NCBI GenBank assembly: GCA_951406725.2
Contig: OX597831.1
Location: 49,104,001 to 49,168,000, forward strand
Direction of reading: 5' to 3'
DNA length: 64,000 nt
Source of the DNA: Octopus vulgaris
Taxonomy: Eukaryota
Position 1 is the first letter of the stretch, and each line of letters starts with the position of its first letter. Made by a program: the position numbers and the translations under genes. Positions 1-49,237 of the stretch are shown in pieces. Under the pieces are notes generated by a model, which was given only the letters and a program-made list of their open reading frames with translations, was not told the DNA's origin and made no database searches.

Positions 1-882
1 GAATGGTATGCGCGGCAAAATGGGATTCCACCTGGGCAAGCCACAGCCCTGCATCCCCCGTGAATGAAGGCAAACCTGAAGCCATGCTTTTGTCGGAAGG
101 AATCTGTCAGAAAGGGGCAGAAGGTATGATCGAGAAATGGAGAGAGAATACGTGGAACCGACAAAGCAAATCAATGGTGTTTTGTGTACTGGTGTGTGTG
201 TACCTCATGGGTAGTAAAACAAGTGTGTGTGTGTGCGCACAAAGGAAAACAAAGTACAGAAAAGGAAAAAAAATTAATGTGTGTGTGTGTTTTTTTGTTT
301 TTTTTTCAGTGTACTGAGTGCGATGAATAAGCTTGTTTGTACCCACCTCGCCGTTCTGAAAGGAAAAGAAAAAATGAAAAATGAATGTTCAGTGCTCTAT
401 CTGGCAAAACCTGTTCGCTGCGTCTTCTGTTCTTTTTTTTTTTTTTTTTTCAACTTGGGGTCACCAATTGTAACAGGATCTATTATCGATTCACTGAAAG
501 GGTGTCGATCCGATCCAGTCACATACAATTTTTGTAAGACAATACAGACGAAGTCAGGTTGTAGGTGAAAGACAGCAGTTCATTTATTTATTGCGATGGC
601 GTACGTGTGTCTGATGGGAGAAGGACAGCCTCTGGTGTACAGCTTCTTGTTCGTTTGTTGAAGAGGTTCGATGGTCGTTGGCGGCTAAGTCGGTGAGGTT
701 ATCAGAGCCTGCGAAATGTACGTCTGATCGCGTTGGCTGTCTTGCCAGAGAGGAGGATTTGAGTTTGGCGGGCCTAAGGGAACGTTTCCCGCACATGCGC
801 ATGGGGAAGACTTCCAGTGGCCACCCGGAAGTAGTCCCATTCTGCGCATGCGCGCTGAACCCTACACAGTAGCATCACTACA
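1..882 (-). mobile_element. Ty3/gypsy LTR retrotransposon 5' end: LTR 469-882, PBS 457-466, gag start at 85
   Basis: Minus strand TGTA...TACA LTR with AATAAA; TGGTGACCCC PBS (tRNA-Trp type) 2 nt inside; ORF MASGLPSFTGDAGLWLAQVESHFAAHTI is gag-like. Confidence 0.85.
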
Positions 883-1070
883 ATGTAAATAATTTTTGGT
901 CTTAACATGGTCCGATTTGAATTTTTTCTTCTATGGAATGAAGAGCAAGCCTTCTTCTATCATACTCTCAATTTTTGTCAACTTGCGCCGCAGGGTCTCG
1001 GAGGAGATAGTGTTAGTTGAAGGCTACCAAACCTGACACACAAAGACAACTTCACCTTTATATATAAAGA
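883..1070 (-). mobile_element. Helitron-like 5' fragment interrupted by the LTR element
   Basis: Minus-strand start TCTTTATATATAAAG, like the Helitron-type copy starting at 35925. Confidence 0.5.
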
Positions 1071-4063
1071 TTAGTAATTAATAACTTAATTAGTTACAGG
1101 TATGATTGTGTGGTTAAGAAGCTTGCTTTCCAACCATGTGATCTTGGGTTCAGTCCCACTGTGTGGTGTCTTATACCAAAGTCTCGAGCAATTGGATTTG
1201 AGAGATAGAAACTGAAAGAAATCAGTTGTGTGCATGTGTGTCTGTGTTTGTGGGTGTCGGTGTCTCCTTGCCTTGACATTGCATTAAGGTCGTAAGAGGG
1301 TATCAATGTCATGCTAGCATGAAAAAATGGATGTTAAATGATGATCATGGTAATTATCTTACTGACGTCAGAAGGATGAAAGACAAAGCAAACCTGGACA
1401 GTATATGAATTGAGAATTTAAAGAGAAATAACCAAAACAAGATATTTTGTTCCATGCACCACCACCCATGAACTGCATATATCAAAACATTACTTCTTCA
1501 AATAGCAAGCTAGAGTTACATATATATGTATGTATGTGATCACCGTGACCAACCAGGCTATCAGATGTTGCTACACATCGCTGGTCACAATGCGCTTCGC
1601 ATTGTTTTAGCCTTCAAATGATGCCACCCTGCTGGCTAAGCGAGCAGGCCGACAGAAGAAAGAGTGAGAGAAAGTTGTGGCGAAAGAGTACAGCAGGGAT
1701 CGCCACCACCACCAGAGCCTCATGGAGCTTAAGGTGTTTTCGCTCAATAAACACTCACAACACCCGGTCTGGGAATCGAAACCGCGATCCTACGACCGCA
1801 AGTCCGCTGCCCTAACCACTGGGCCATTGCACCTCCAAATGTATGTATGTGTATGTATATATATATATATATAAATATATAAATATAGACCCATGAAAGG
1901 CAGACGTTAAACAACGATGATATATATATATATATATATATATAAAACAGGTAAAGACCTCGTTCAGTCATGAATGACCATGGGATTGCACCTAGAAAGT
2001 TGCCTTCTGATGCTCAAGTCCAGGCAAGGTTGTTTATGGAAGACCACCAGTCACCCATGCATACCAACATCCCCTCTCCAAACCACCAATGCTATCCAAG
2101 AGAAAGACAAAGACCGATACAGCTTGGCATCAGTGACATTGCAACTCATTTCTACAGCTGAGTGAACTGGAGTAACGTGATACAAAGTGTCTTGCCCGAG
2201 GACACAACACACAGTCCAGGAATCGAACTCACTACTTCATGATCGTGAGCCTGAAGCTCCAACCACTGAGCTGTGTGCCTACACACACACACACAGATTA
2301 GGGATAGGTATTCTCTGTATAGAATATACTTCATAGTGCTCAAGAGATTTGAATTTGAGCAGATAGAGGAGTAAATGCAAGGACAAACAAGTTAGGCAAG
2401 ATGATATACAAAAAATGTTAAATACATTTAATACAAAAAAAATGTACATATGTTTACATAAAAAAAAGGTCCAACTTAGAAATGATATCAGGAATTAAAG
2501 GGGTTGAATAAGAGTTTTATGAGTCCAACAACTGTTTCTGGTGGCTTGGTGGTCCAAAACAACGATTGTAACTTGATTTCATCATTGGATACTACCAGCC
2601 TCCATCTTCAGGAAAGAATTTTACATCTGAAGTGTTGACTAACGAAATTAGGTTACAGTCATTATTTTGGACCACCAAGTCCCCAGAAACAGCTGTTGAA
2701 CTTGTAAAACTCTTATTCAATCCCTTTAATTCCTGATATCATTTATTCTCTGTGTAAGTTGAACTTTTTTATATGCATACATGGCACATAAAAAGCACCA
2801 TTCAAGCGTGATCATTACCAGCATCGCCTTACTGGCACTTGTGCTGGTGGCAAGTGAAAAAACATTCAAGCAAGGTCGTTGCCAGTGCTGCCGGACTGGC
2901 TCCTGTACAGGTGGCACGTAAAAAACACCATTTGAGCATGGCCATTGCCAGCACCGCCTGACTGGCCCTCATGCCGGTGGCACATAAAAGCACCCACTAC
3001 ACTCTCGGAGTGGTTGGCGTTAGGAAGGACATCCAGCTGTAGAAACTCTGCCAGATCAAGATTGGAGACTGGTGCATCCATCTGGTTCACCAGTCCTCAG
3101 TCAAATCGTCCAACCCATGCTAGCATGGAAAGCGGACGTTAAATGATGATGATGATGATATACATCTTTTGTATTAAATGTATTTAACATTTTTTGTATA
3201 TTGACTTGCCTAACTTCCTTGTCCTTACATTTACTTTATATATATATAGTGTCTTCTAATATAGCCTTGGGCCAACAAAAGCCTTGTAAGTGGATTTTGT
3301 AGACGGAAACTGAAAGAAGCCCATCGTATATATATATATGTTTGTGTGTCTGTGTTTGTCTCCCAACCATCGTTTGACAACTGATGTTGGTGTGTTTACA
3401 TCTCCCTAACTTAGCAGTTTAGCAAAAGAGACTGATAGAATAAGTACTAGGCTTACAAAGAATAAGTCCTGGGGTCGATTTGTTCGACTAAAGGCCACAG
3501 TATGGCCAATCAAATGACTGAAACAAGTAAGAGTAAGAGAGTAAAAGAGAATATATATATATATATATATATATAATGTGAAATATTTTGGTATCCAGAA
3601 GACCCAAAAGGCAGGTAAGGCTATGTAAGTGCTGTGGAAGGTCCAGTGTTGCCACTGTTAAGCTCTCAGTTCAATAATAGCATGAGTGAGGAGTTTAAGG
3701 CAGGTTGCGTGTGTATGTTAAATAAAATAAGATAACAAGGCCAAGGCAATTTGATATTCCTAGGACATTCATAAAATATCCTAGGAATATCAAATTGCCT
3801 TGGCCTTGTTATCTTATTTTCTTCAACATATATATATATATATATATATACACATACAGAGAGAGAGACTGTGTCAGTGTGTGGGTTACCACTCAGTTTC
3901 CATCAACCAAATCCACTCACAAGTGGTTGATCTGAGACTATAATAGAAGTAATTTGCCATTCACACAAGAAGAGATTGGGTCAGTGACTTTCTTTTGCAC
4001 CACATACACTTCCAGTGCAGTTTATTGAGCAATGAAACAATGAGATGCCAAATTATTACTCAC

Positions 4064-40404
<36,341 letters not shown>

Positions 40405-42225
40405 TTAAACAACTAAATAGCTTAAGTAAAACATAATTTTCTTTTAACAATTGCTCAGTTGCTACAAGTATTAACTGTACCTCCTAACCTAGCAATTCTA
40501 TATCATCTCACCTCAATAGCAAACATAATTAGATGATCTACTAGATGGGGGGGGGGGTAAATCTTTCTCAAATTACACTTTGTCATCTATGAAAAAAAGA
40601 GTGAGAAAGAGAGCACAGGATAATGTAGTCCTAGTCGATAAACATGAAAATAATAATCCATTCTACTATAGGCACAAGGCCTGAAATTTGGGAGGGAAAT
40701 AAGTACGCAAAAGGTACTTACTTTATCAACCCGGAATGGATGAAAGGCAAAGACGACCTCAGTAGAATTTGAACTCAGAACGTAATGATAGATAAAATGC
40801 CACTAAGCATTTTGTCCCGCATGCTAATAATTCTATCAGCTTGCCGCCTTAAACCTGAAAATGATAATAAAGATATGAATGTTAAAGCTGCCAACCTGGG
40901 ACTAACCATTAATGCATATGATGTACAATACTCCTCTCTTACTTAACACCTTATTCAACTTCGATCAACAAGGCTGTTATTCTTTACAATCTCTTTCACC
41001 TCCCATGTTCGCACGCCCACCTCAGTCTACTAACCTGCAACAATTTAAAACAAACTCATAACTTGTTTAGATGAGACAACTGATGTTTTGTATGTTTTCA
41101 TCAAAAATTCTTATCATTTGAAGGAATGCTTATAGGTAATTTAATGCATATTATAGTCAGGAGTGTCACAAGCAAATCTAACAACCCAGTCTTCAATGAC
41201 ACCATAGTGTTAATAATAACTTTCCACATAGCATAAAGAGTTCTCTTAACATAAATCAGAATGAACAGTTGACATTCATGTGGACAATGCCTTGTCCACA
41301 TTAAGAGATGTGGACTAGCCATGACAGAGAGGGAAGCCAATAATATATCATAATGTGAGAAGCCTATCCCCAATAGACACTTTTTAAAATTATATTGCTA
41401 ATATCCTATCCTCAGATATTCGAAAGTTGTCTAATTATCTTTTATTTACACTTTTACTTGTTTCAGTCATTTGACTGCGGCCATGCTGGAGCACCGCCTT
41501 TAATCGAGCAATTCGACCCCGGGACTTATTCTTTTGTAAGCCCAGTACTTACTCTATCGGTCTCTTTTGCCGAACTGCTAAGTGACAGGGACATAAACAC
41601 ACCAGCATCGGTTGTCAAGCAATGCTAGGGGGACAAACACAGACACACAAACACACACACATATATATATATATATATACATATATATGACAGACTTCTT
41701 TCAGTTTCCGTCTACCAAATCCACTCACAAGGCATTGGTCGGCCTGGGGCTATAGCAGAAGACACTTGCCCAAGATGCCACGCAGTGGGACTGAACCCGG
41801 AACCATGTGGTTGGTTAGCAAGCTACTTACCACTCCTTTGTTTCAGTAATGTGACTATGGCCATACTGGGGCACTCCTTGGAGTGTTTCATCAATTGAAT
41901 TGAGCCTACTACTTCTATTTTAATTTTAGGCTGGTTTCCCAGTTTTTGTGGTGCATATATTTTTCGCCCTGGACAGGACGCCAGTCCTTTCCAAGAATAC
42001 TCATTTTTGCCAGCTGAGTGAACCTAAGCAATGTGAATTGAAGTTTTTGTGCCCAAGAACAAAAAGCATCGCCTGATCCAGGAATCGGGACCGCAATCTC
42101 ATGATCATGAGTCCAAGATCCTAAGCACTATGATGAAACTAAATAAAACAATATTCAAAAAGCAAAAAAGAATGAAAACAAAATTACTTTCCATGTTAAT
42201 TTTATATTACAGAAGTTTATAACAC

Positions 42226-42227
<2 letters not shown>

Positions 42228-42308
<81 letters not shown>

Positions 42309-42546
42309 AATAACAAAGGGTAAAATGAATTAATTAACTAGTAATCATTAATTAATTAACTAGTAATTATTCTTCATCTCTGCCTGCATGGATTGTTTTT
42401 GAGTACTTTGTTTTTGTCCGGGAATCTCTTTTTAAAGTAGAGGAAATAGCTAAGGTTCTCTGGCTGCTATTTCTAAACTTCGGTATGTGGTAAAGCAAAT
42501 CTTTGCTGAGCCCTAATTATAATATATATATATACACACATACATA

Positions 42547-42614
<68 letters not shown>

Positions 42615-42750
42615 ATCATATATATATATATAAATACATACATACATCATATATATATATATAAATCATATATATATAAATACATACATACATCATATAT
42701 ATATATATACATATACATACGTACACACACACACACACATATATATATAT
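42228..42750. repeat. Compound microsatellites (CT)n (TA)n (TAA)n (CA)n; similar tracts throughout, e.g. 6485-6696 and 19160-19290
   Basis: Direct inspection. Confidence 0.95.
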
Positions 42751-45009
42751 GCAAATTGACAAGATTACGAAACGTAAGCAAAAATTTTAGTTGAAAAGTC
42801 CTGGCGTAACGACAGATTGGTGTCCCACCTGACTTGCTTTACACATAGCTGTCAGAAAAATGCATATTTTTGAGTGAAATTGTGCAGAGATACGTAGATT
42901 ATGATTATGTCGTGAATATAGATAACAATTATGTTAATAAGATTTAAAAAAGAAAACATGGGGAGAAGAGTTTGGGATTGTTGTTCCTCCTTCCTGTTGC
43001 AACTTTGTCACCACAAATTCCCGTAACTTTAGCATTTTAAACTTTTTGGGGAAAGGGAGAGTTTAAGTTCATATGTTTGGAACATCAGCATCACGCTATC
43101 TATATTCTTTAAACGTGTCTCTGTAAAATTTCATTTAAAATCATAAATTTTAAAGTGAGTGATGCAGAAAGAAAATTAGGAGGGATGGAGAATGATTGTT
43201 TTTTTTTTTTTTAATATATTATCAACATAATCGTAATCTACATTCTCGAAAATGTATCTACGCAAAATTTTATTAAAAAATATGCAACTTTCAGAACGTT
43301 GTGCGAAGACAAATTCAAGTGGAGCACCAATCTGTAGTTACGCCTCTAAAGATTTGTTTTTTAAAAAAAATAGAAGAATGGAGTTATTTCCCTTGCAGTG
43401 GGTTATTTCTTCAACTTGTCGTAAAGTTATTTCATTCATACTAACGGTGTATGAAACTGTTTTTCACGGGAGAGAGCTGATACTAATACAGAATTTACCG
43501 TAGTATATTAGATATCCATTCTGTTGACACCAGAGAAATGAAAGGAAGAAGTCGACTTCAACAAGAACGTTAAGATTCTTACACCCAAGTGATGGGACAT
43601 GAATGATATATTTAGCTTTTATTTAAAATAACAAGAAAATACTTATACAGAACCTAATTTAAGAGGCGAGGAATGTTAGGCGCTCTGTAGTGTGATCGGT
43701 AATGCAGTCACCCAGTAAGTAATCTCGACATACCTACACAAGTCCCTCGCCCGCCCAACAAACCGATTTTGTTTCAGAAAAATGGATATGTTTTAACGAA
43801 ACTTTCCAAACACCTTTCAGATTGTGTAGATTCTGATTATATTCGCTGTGAAAATATTTTTTTTTGCGGAGTAGAAAAAGTTTCGGATAAGTCGGTTTTG
43901 TTTCCTCATAACTTTCAGAAAAATTCGCATTTTTTAATGAAATTTTAAACAAATACCTTTCAGCTAGTGCAGATTCAAATTATACCAGAATTTAATGCGC
44001 AAAAAAAAAACAAAAAAAAAACAGTTTTTTGTCAAAATTTCTAGTTTTATTTTGTAAATAAGTATATCATGTCACGATTTTTAAAATATTCTTTTTATTA
44101 TTATTATTATTAAATTCCGATATAATCATAATCCACACTATCTGAAACGCTTTTGTAGAAAATTTCATTAAAGAATACACATTTCTCTGAAATATACGCG
44201 GAAACAAAGTTATCTCGTGTGAATTATCTGTAACTCCTTTCTTCCCACTCCTTCCGAAAACATTTTCACAAATTCCGATATAATCAGAATCTGGTAATTG
44301 TTCAGTTTGGTTAGATTAAAAAAGTAAATAAAAATTAAGGGAGGAGTATGTCAACTTTTGGATCTTTTCTTTTTGAAAAAAAATCCTCGACACCAGTGCG
44401 TAATTGGTACTTAATTTATCGACCCCGAAACTATGAAACATTGACCCCCCCCTTCTGTGCAAATTTGTTGCGGCAAGTGGCAAAACACGAACGTGTATTT
44501 TTGTTTGTGTGCGTATGTGTGTGTATGTATATGTCCGTTTGTATGTGTGTGTACGCTTATAAATTACTATGTGCTTGTGCAAATGTGCGCGTGTGTCGTG
44601 CGTCTGTGTGTGTACACACACATACACATATATACGACAGGCTTCTTTCAGTTTCCGTCTACCAAATCCACTCACAAGGCTTTGGTCGGCTCGAGGCTAT
44701 AGTAGAAGACACTTGCCCAAGATGCCACGCAGTGGGACTGAACCGGGAACCATGTGGTTGGTTAGCAAGCTACTTACCACACAGCCACTCCTTATTGATT
44801 AAAAAAATTTCCCAGAAATGGTTTCAACAGTTTTAACAGAAAGATTTGGAAGAATTAGGTGAAAGTTCTGCAGTAATTTTCTTTCATGCATGTATGTTAT
44901 ATATGAAAATTAAAATACTTTTGAGGCTCTCTACAAGACAACGTTACGATGATCTCACTGATTTATTTACAGTCAGGAAATTATTTATTATTTTAGCTTT
45001 CTTTAATAA

Positions 45010-45660
45010 TATACCTATTTCTTTATTACCCACAAGGGGCTAAACACAGAGGACAGACATAAGTATTAAGTCGATTACATCGACCCCAGTGCGTAACTGG
45101 TACTTAATTTATCGACCCCGAAAGGATGAAAGGCAAAGTCGACCTCGGCGGAATTTGAACTTAGAACGTAGCGGCAGACGAAATGCTGCTAAGCATTTCA
45201 CCCGGTGTGCTAACGATTCTGCCAGCTCGCCGCTTTTAATAATATACCTATTTCTTTACTACAGAGAGGACAAACGGATTAAGTTGATTATATCGACCTC
45301 AGTGCGTAACTGGTACTTATTTAATCGACCCCGAAAGGATGAAAGGCAAAGTCGACCTCGGCGGAATTTGAACTTAGAACGTAGCGGCAGACGAAATGCT
45401 GCTAAGCATTTCACCCGGTGTGCTAACGATTCTGCCAGCTCGCCGCTTTTAATAATATACCTATTTCTTTATTACAGAGAGGACAAACGGATTAAGTTGA
45501 TTATATCGACCTCAGTGCGTAACTGGTACTTATTTAATCGACCCCGAAAGGATGAAAGGCAAAGTCGACCTCGGCGGAATTTGAACTCAGAACGTGGCGG
45601 CAGACGAAATGCTGCTAAGCATTACACCCGGTGTGCTAACGTTTCTGCCAGCTCGCCGCC
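45010..45660 (-). repeat. Tandem triplication of SINE family B (period about 225-230 bp)
   Basis: Three near-identical consecutive units. Confidence 0.88.
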
Positions 45661-45677
45661 TTTAATATACCGTCACT

Positions 45678-45965
45678 GGTACTACTTAAGAAGAGTGGTC
45701 CCGGTGCGCGCACTCGCGCATCCGCACGAGCTAGTCGTGCGTAGTCGATCCTTACTTTGTGTTTTATTTACTTTGTTTAAAAAAATTATTTACTTTGTGT
45801 TTTATTTACTTTGTTTTAAAAAAAATTATTTACTTTGTGTAAAAAAATTATTTATTTTGTGTTTTATTTACTTTGCTAGGTAGTCGTTGTAGGATCGACT
45901 AGTCACGACTAGCTAGCTCGGATACGCGAGTGCGCGCACCGGGACCACTCTTCTTAAGTAGTACC
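45678..45965. mobile_element. MITE family 1, Merlin-like
   Basis: Long TIR GGTACTACTTAAGAAGAGTGGTCCCGGTGCGCGCACTCGCG; 8-bp TSD CCGTCACT/CTGTCACT. Confidence 0.85.
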
Positions 45966-48597
45966 CTGTCACTTAATGCTGACTTTACTAAAAAAAAAAA
46001 GTCTCGACTTCATCCAAAAACTTAGTAATAGCAAAATAGTAGCGTAGAGAAAGTATCTGATTACTGCCTCTGTCTCCCATTGATTCAGTACTGCATGCTG
46101 CACGCATTGTTTGTACACGTCTGCGTGTGTATGTTGGCGCGTATATTTGTTAGTATGCGTATGCGTTGATGCGTGTTCTCATGCTGCGTGTATGTGTATA
46201 ACAGAATATTTTGATTCAGTTTACAAAATTGGACTCTTGGTACCTAACATTCAGGGAATAAATACTCTAAAAAAATATATTTGTCTGGTTGATACATTTT
46301 ACAGAATGCTCATTTAAAACAACCATCTAATGGGTTCCTAGACAGGAGGAGTGTCTGTGAAAGAATTAAATTTTTACTACTCGTTTTAATTGTTATCTAG
46401 GGTTTATTTGGTAATAGGATGTCAGCCTACTAATTTTTTTCCTTCTCATCATTAAGCGGCAAGCTGGCACATGAGACAAGATGTTTATCATTACCAGCAC
46501 TGCGTTGAATCAATAGCAAAGACTTGAATATCAACATCCAGGCCTAAATAGATGTGAATAGGTACCAACAACGATATAGGATCCACTGTTACAGAAAACT
46601 TGCATGATGTAAAATTGACATTTATTTTATGTTTGGAATGCTCAACTCAAATTCATCTATTGGAAGAAAAAAAAAAACCCTGCAGGATGCTGTGCCATTG
46701 GCGAGAGAATTGTATATTAAACTGTGTAACACCTTCAAAACTGAGAATGGGTTCTCAGTATTGCGAGGAGGGTAAAAATAAAAGGAATTTAAAGTAAATA
46801 CTCATCATATCAAACTAATCATAATCTTAACTTTCAAATGAACTGAAGTGATAAAATCCAATTCGATCTGCAACTCCAAAAGTAGTTATATACTTATTTT
46901 CCATCGAGTCCGTTCGTTCGATTTTTTATAACACTGATCTTGTTTTATTGTCATGAAGTGTGACATGCCAAATTCATCTCTTTCAAACTAGATATCGTCT
47001 GCACTACTCCTATAACTATTTTTTTTTAATACATAAATTCAAAAGTTGCAAACCTTTCCAGCCAACACAGTCACTCGTCTTGCAAGTAGTAGTAACCATA
47101 AACCAAAAATCGATAATAGATACACTTTGACTGAAAAGATATATAGGATGGTCACAACTGGAATGCCTTTAATCATACGTCCGCTCCACCTAGACTGACC
47201 TGGAGTTAAACGGTTACAACAATGGCAAGGCATGAAATGGAAACTTCAATGATGTTATAATATAGTAGCGACAGCACTAGCCAAATTATCATTTTCGCTA
47301 TTATTATAATAATTTATTTGGCAAATTCTTGCTCGTACATGCACAAGAATTGTGTACAATTCATTTCAAACTCATTCAAAACAATGAACCTGTTTAGCTA
47401 GTTTCTTTGTGTTAGACATGAACGTTAAAACCTCACTCTATTTCTTCTTTTTCTTTCAGTTCCCCGTGTGTTCACCAGCATACGAAGAATGGAATATAAG
47501 AAATCAATGTTATTAAATAAAGAGCACGAGTTATGGTATTGCGCAAGATTCAATAAACTTAGTATTTAGTTATATATCTCAAGTATGTGAGTTTAAAATT
47601 CCATCTTTCGTTCTTCCGGGATCGATAAAGCAAAAAAACTGTTATCAACAATATACCGGAATCGATTCGCGATTCTGGTATATTGTTGCTCAGCAAATAT
47701 CAATATTGTGTCAAATCTATTGAAAAGAAATCGTTTTGAAATAAATATATTCCAGCTTTTGTTGTTATTGTTTTGTTTTGTTTTTCTCGATTTCTTTATA
47801 AAACCGATTCATTCTTCTAAAATGAAACTCAATGAAATGTGAAAATTATTCAACACATCTGCGCTGTTTGTTAAAAGCCACATAAATACATGCATATACA
47901 CGCACGCATATTATACACACACACTGACCCAAACACGAATCATAATAAAAAATATATATATATATACAAAGCTCGGCTAAAATATATTATAAACTTCAAT
48001 AAAAAAAAAAATTCTGTATAAATAAAATGTGGTTACCGAAGGACGAATAGCTGATCATAAATAAGTCTTCTACGTAAAGGAAAATAAACAAGTAAGCCCC
48101 TAAATGTAACTAAGCGCACATGTCTTTTCATCAGAGCAACAAAGGAGCCAAGAGATTCTATGCATCACTAGGAACGCCACGGTAACGCAGCACTAACACT
48201 AAAGAATGCGTCAAGGGAGAGAACAGTCTAACAATCTACCTCGCTGCTACTTGTATAAGCGCTGAATTTTATTATTGCAAAATATTAAGGTGACGGAGCT
48301 GGCGGCGGGATCATTTTAGCACCCCGGAAAATGTTTAACAGTATTTCTTCCGACTCGAGTTCAAATTCCGCCGAGGTCTTCCTAGCTTTTCATCCTTTCG
48401 GGGGTCGATAAAATAAGTACCAGTCGATGTAATCGACTTGTCCCCTCCACCAAAATTTCAGGCTTTGTGCCTATAGTAGGAAAAATTATTACGAAGACCG
48501 TGCCACTTCTGTAACATTCCAAAGTTTCAAAATTATGGAAAATGTCTTTTGTTTTTTTGTTTTTTTTAATATTTATAAACTACCAGATACAATTCTA

Positions 48598-49237
48598 GGA
48601 AAGACTTCCTCCCGCTCCGTCCCTATTTTATCGCAAATTATTGTTTTTTAAAAAAATTTTTTTGCCCAAAACCCACGTTTTCGGATACGGAGATTCCGGA
48701 AAATTGCCAAAAATCGGAATTTTGAAATTGATTGCCCCCTTTGCCTCCCCCACCCCAATTTCTTCATTTAATTTTTTTCCGTAACCCTAACCCTAAAACC
48801 CCAATCTTAACCCTGAAGCCTTAACCCTAAAACCTTAACCGTAACCATAACCCTAAATCCTAACCCTAAAACCCTAACCCTAACCGTAAGTAGAAAAACT
48901 TTTGGATTTTTTTTTTTTTCAGAATCATAATCTCCGGATTTTTCCGCATATTTCGACAAAAAAAAAAAAATTTGTGAAAAACATTTTACAAAAATTTTTG
49001 GAAATTCTTTCAGAATCATTCATTATCTCTGTATTTTACCGCATATTTTGAAAGAAAAAAAAATTGTGAAAAAAAGTTGAAAATGAAGAATTTAGGGGTG
49101 GGGGGAATTTAAAAATGCCATTTTTTTTTTTTGCAGATTCGTATTCTCCGTAGCCGAAAACGGAGGTTTGTTTAGAAAAAAAATTAAATAAAAAAAGGGG
49201 TGTTTGGGGGAGGGGCGGTACAAAAGGAAATCTTGCT
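48598..49237. mobile_element. MITE family 2, Merlin-like, with internal (TAACCC)n
   Basis: Imperfect long TIRs, perfect 8-bp TSD CAATTCTA, telomere-type repeats at 48781-48886. Confidence 0.8.

Noticed and set aside
883-4063. Further ULK4 exons
   Set aside because: No exon matching the expected C-terminal sequence was found; they probably lie left of the window
42780-44300. Repeated motifs (TTCAGATTGTGTAGATTC, ATTCCGATATAATCA) suggesting old DNA-transposon remnants
   Set aside because: Termini and TSDs could not be defined by eye
45089-45883. 264-aa ORF with internal repeats
   Set aside because: It is the antisense read-through of a triplicated SINE plus a MITE and starts at GTG
46300-47525. 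Possible plus-strand gene (acceptor-like sites at about 46304 and 47459, AATAAA at about 47516)
   Set aside because: No recognisable protein or consistent exon chain; would need transcript evidence
48781-48886. Possible telomere or chromosome-fusion scar
   Set aside because: Short, degenerate, and enclosed in a TIR element with a TSD that occurs twice in the window
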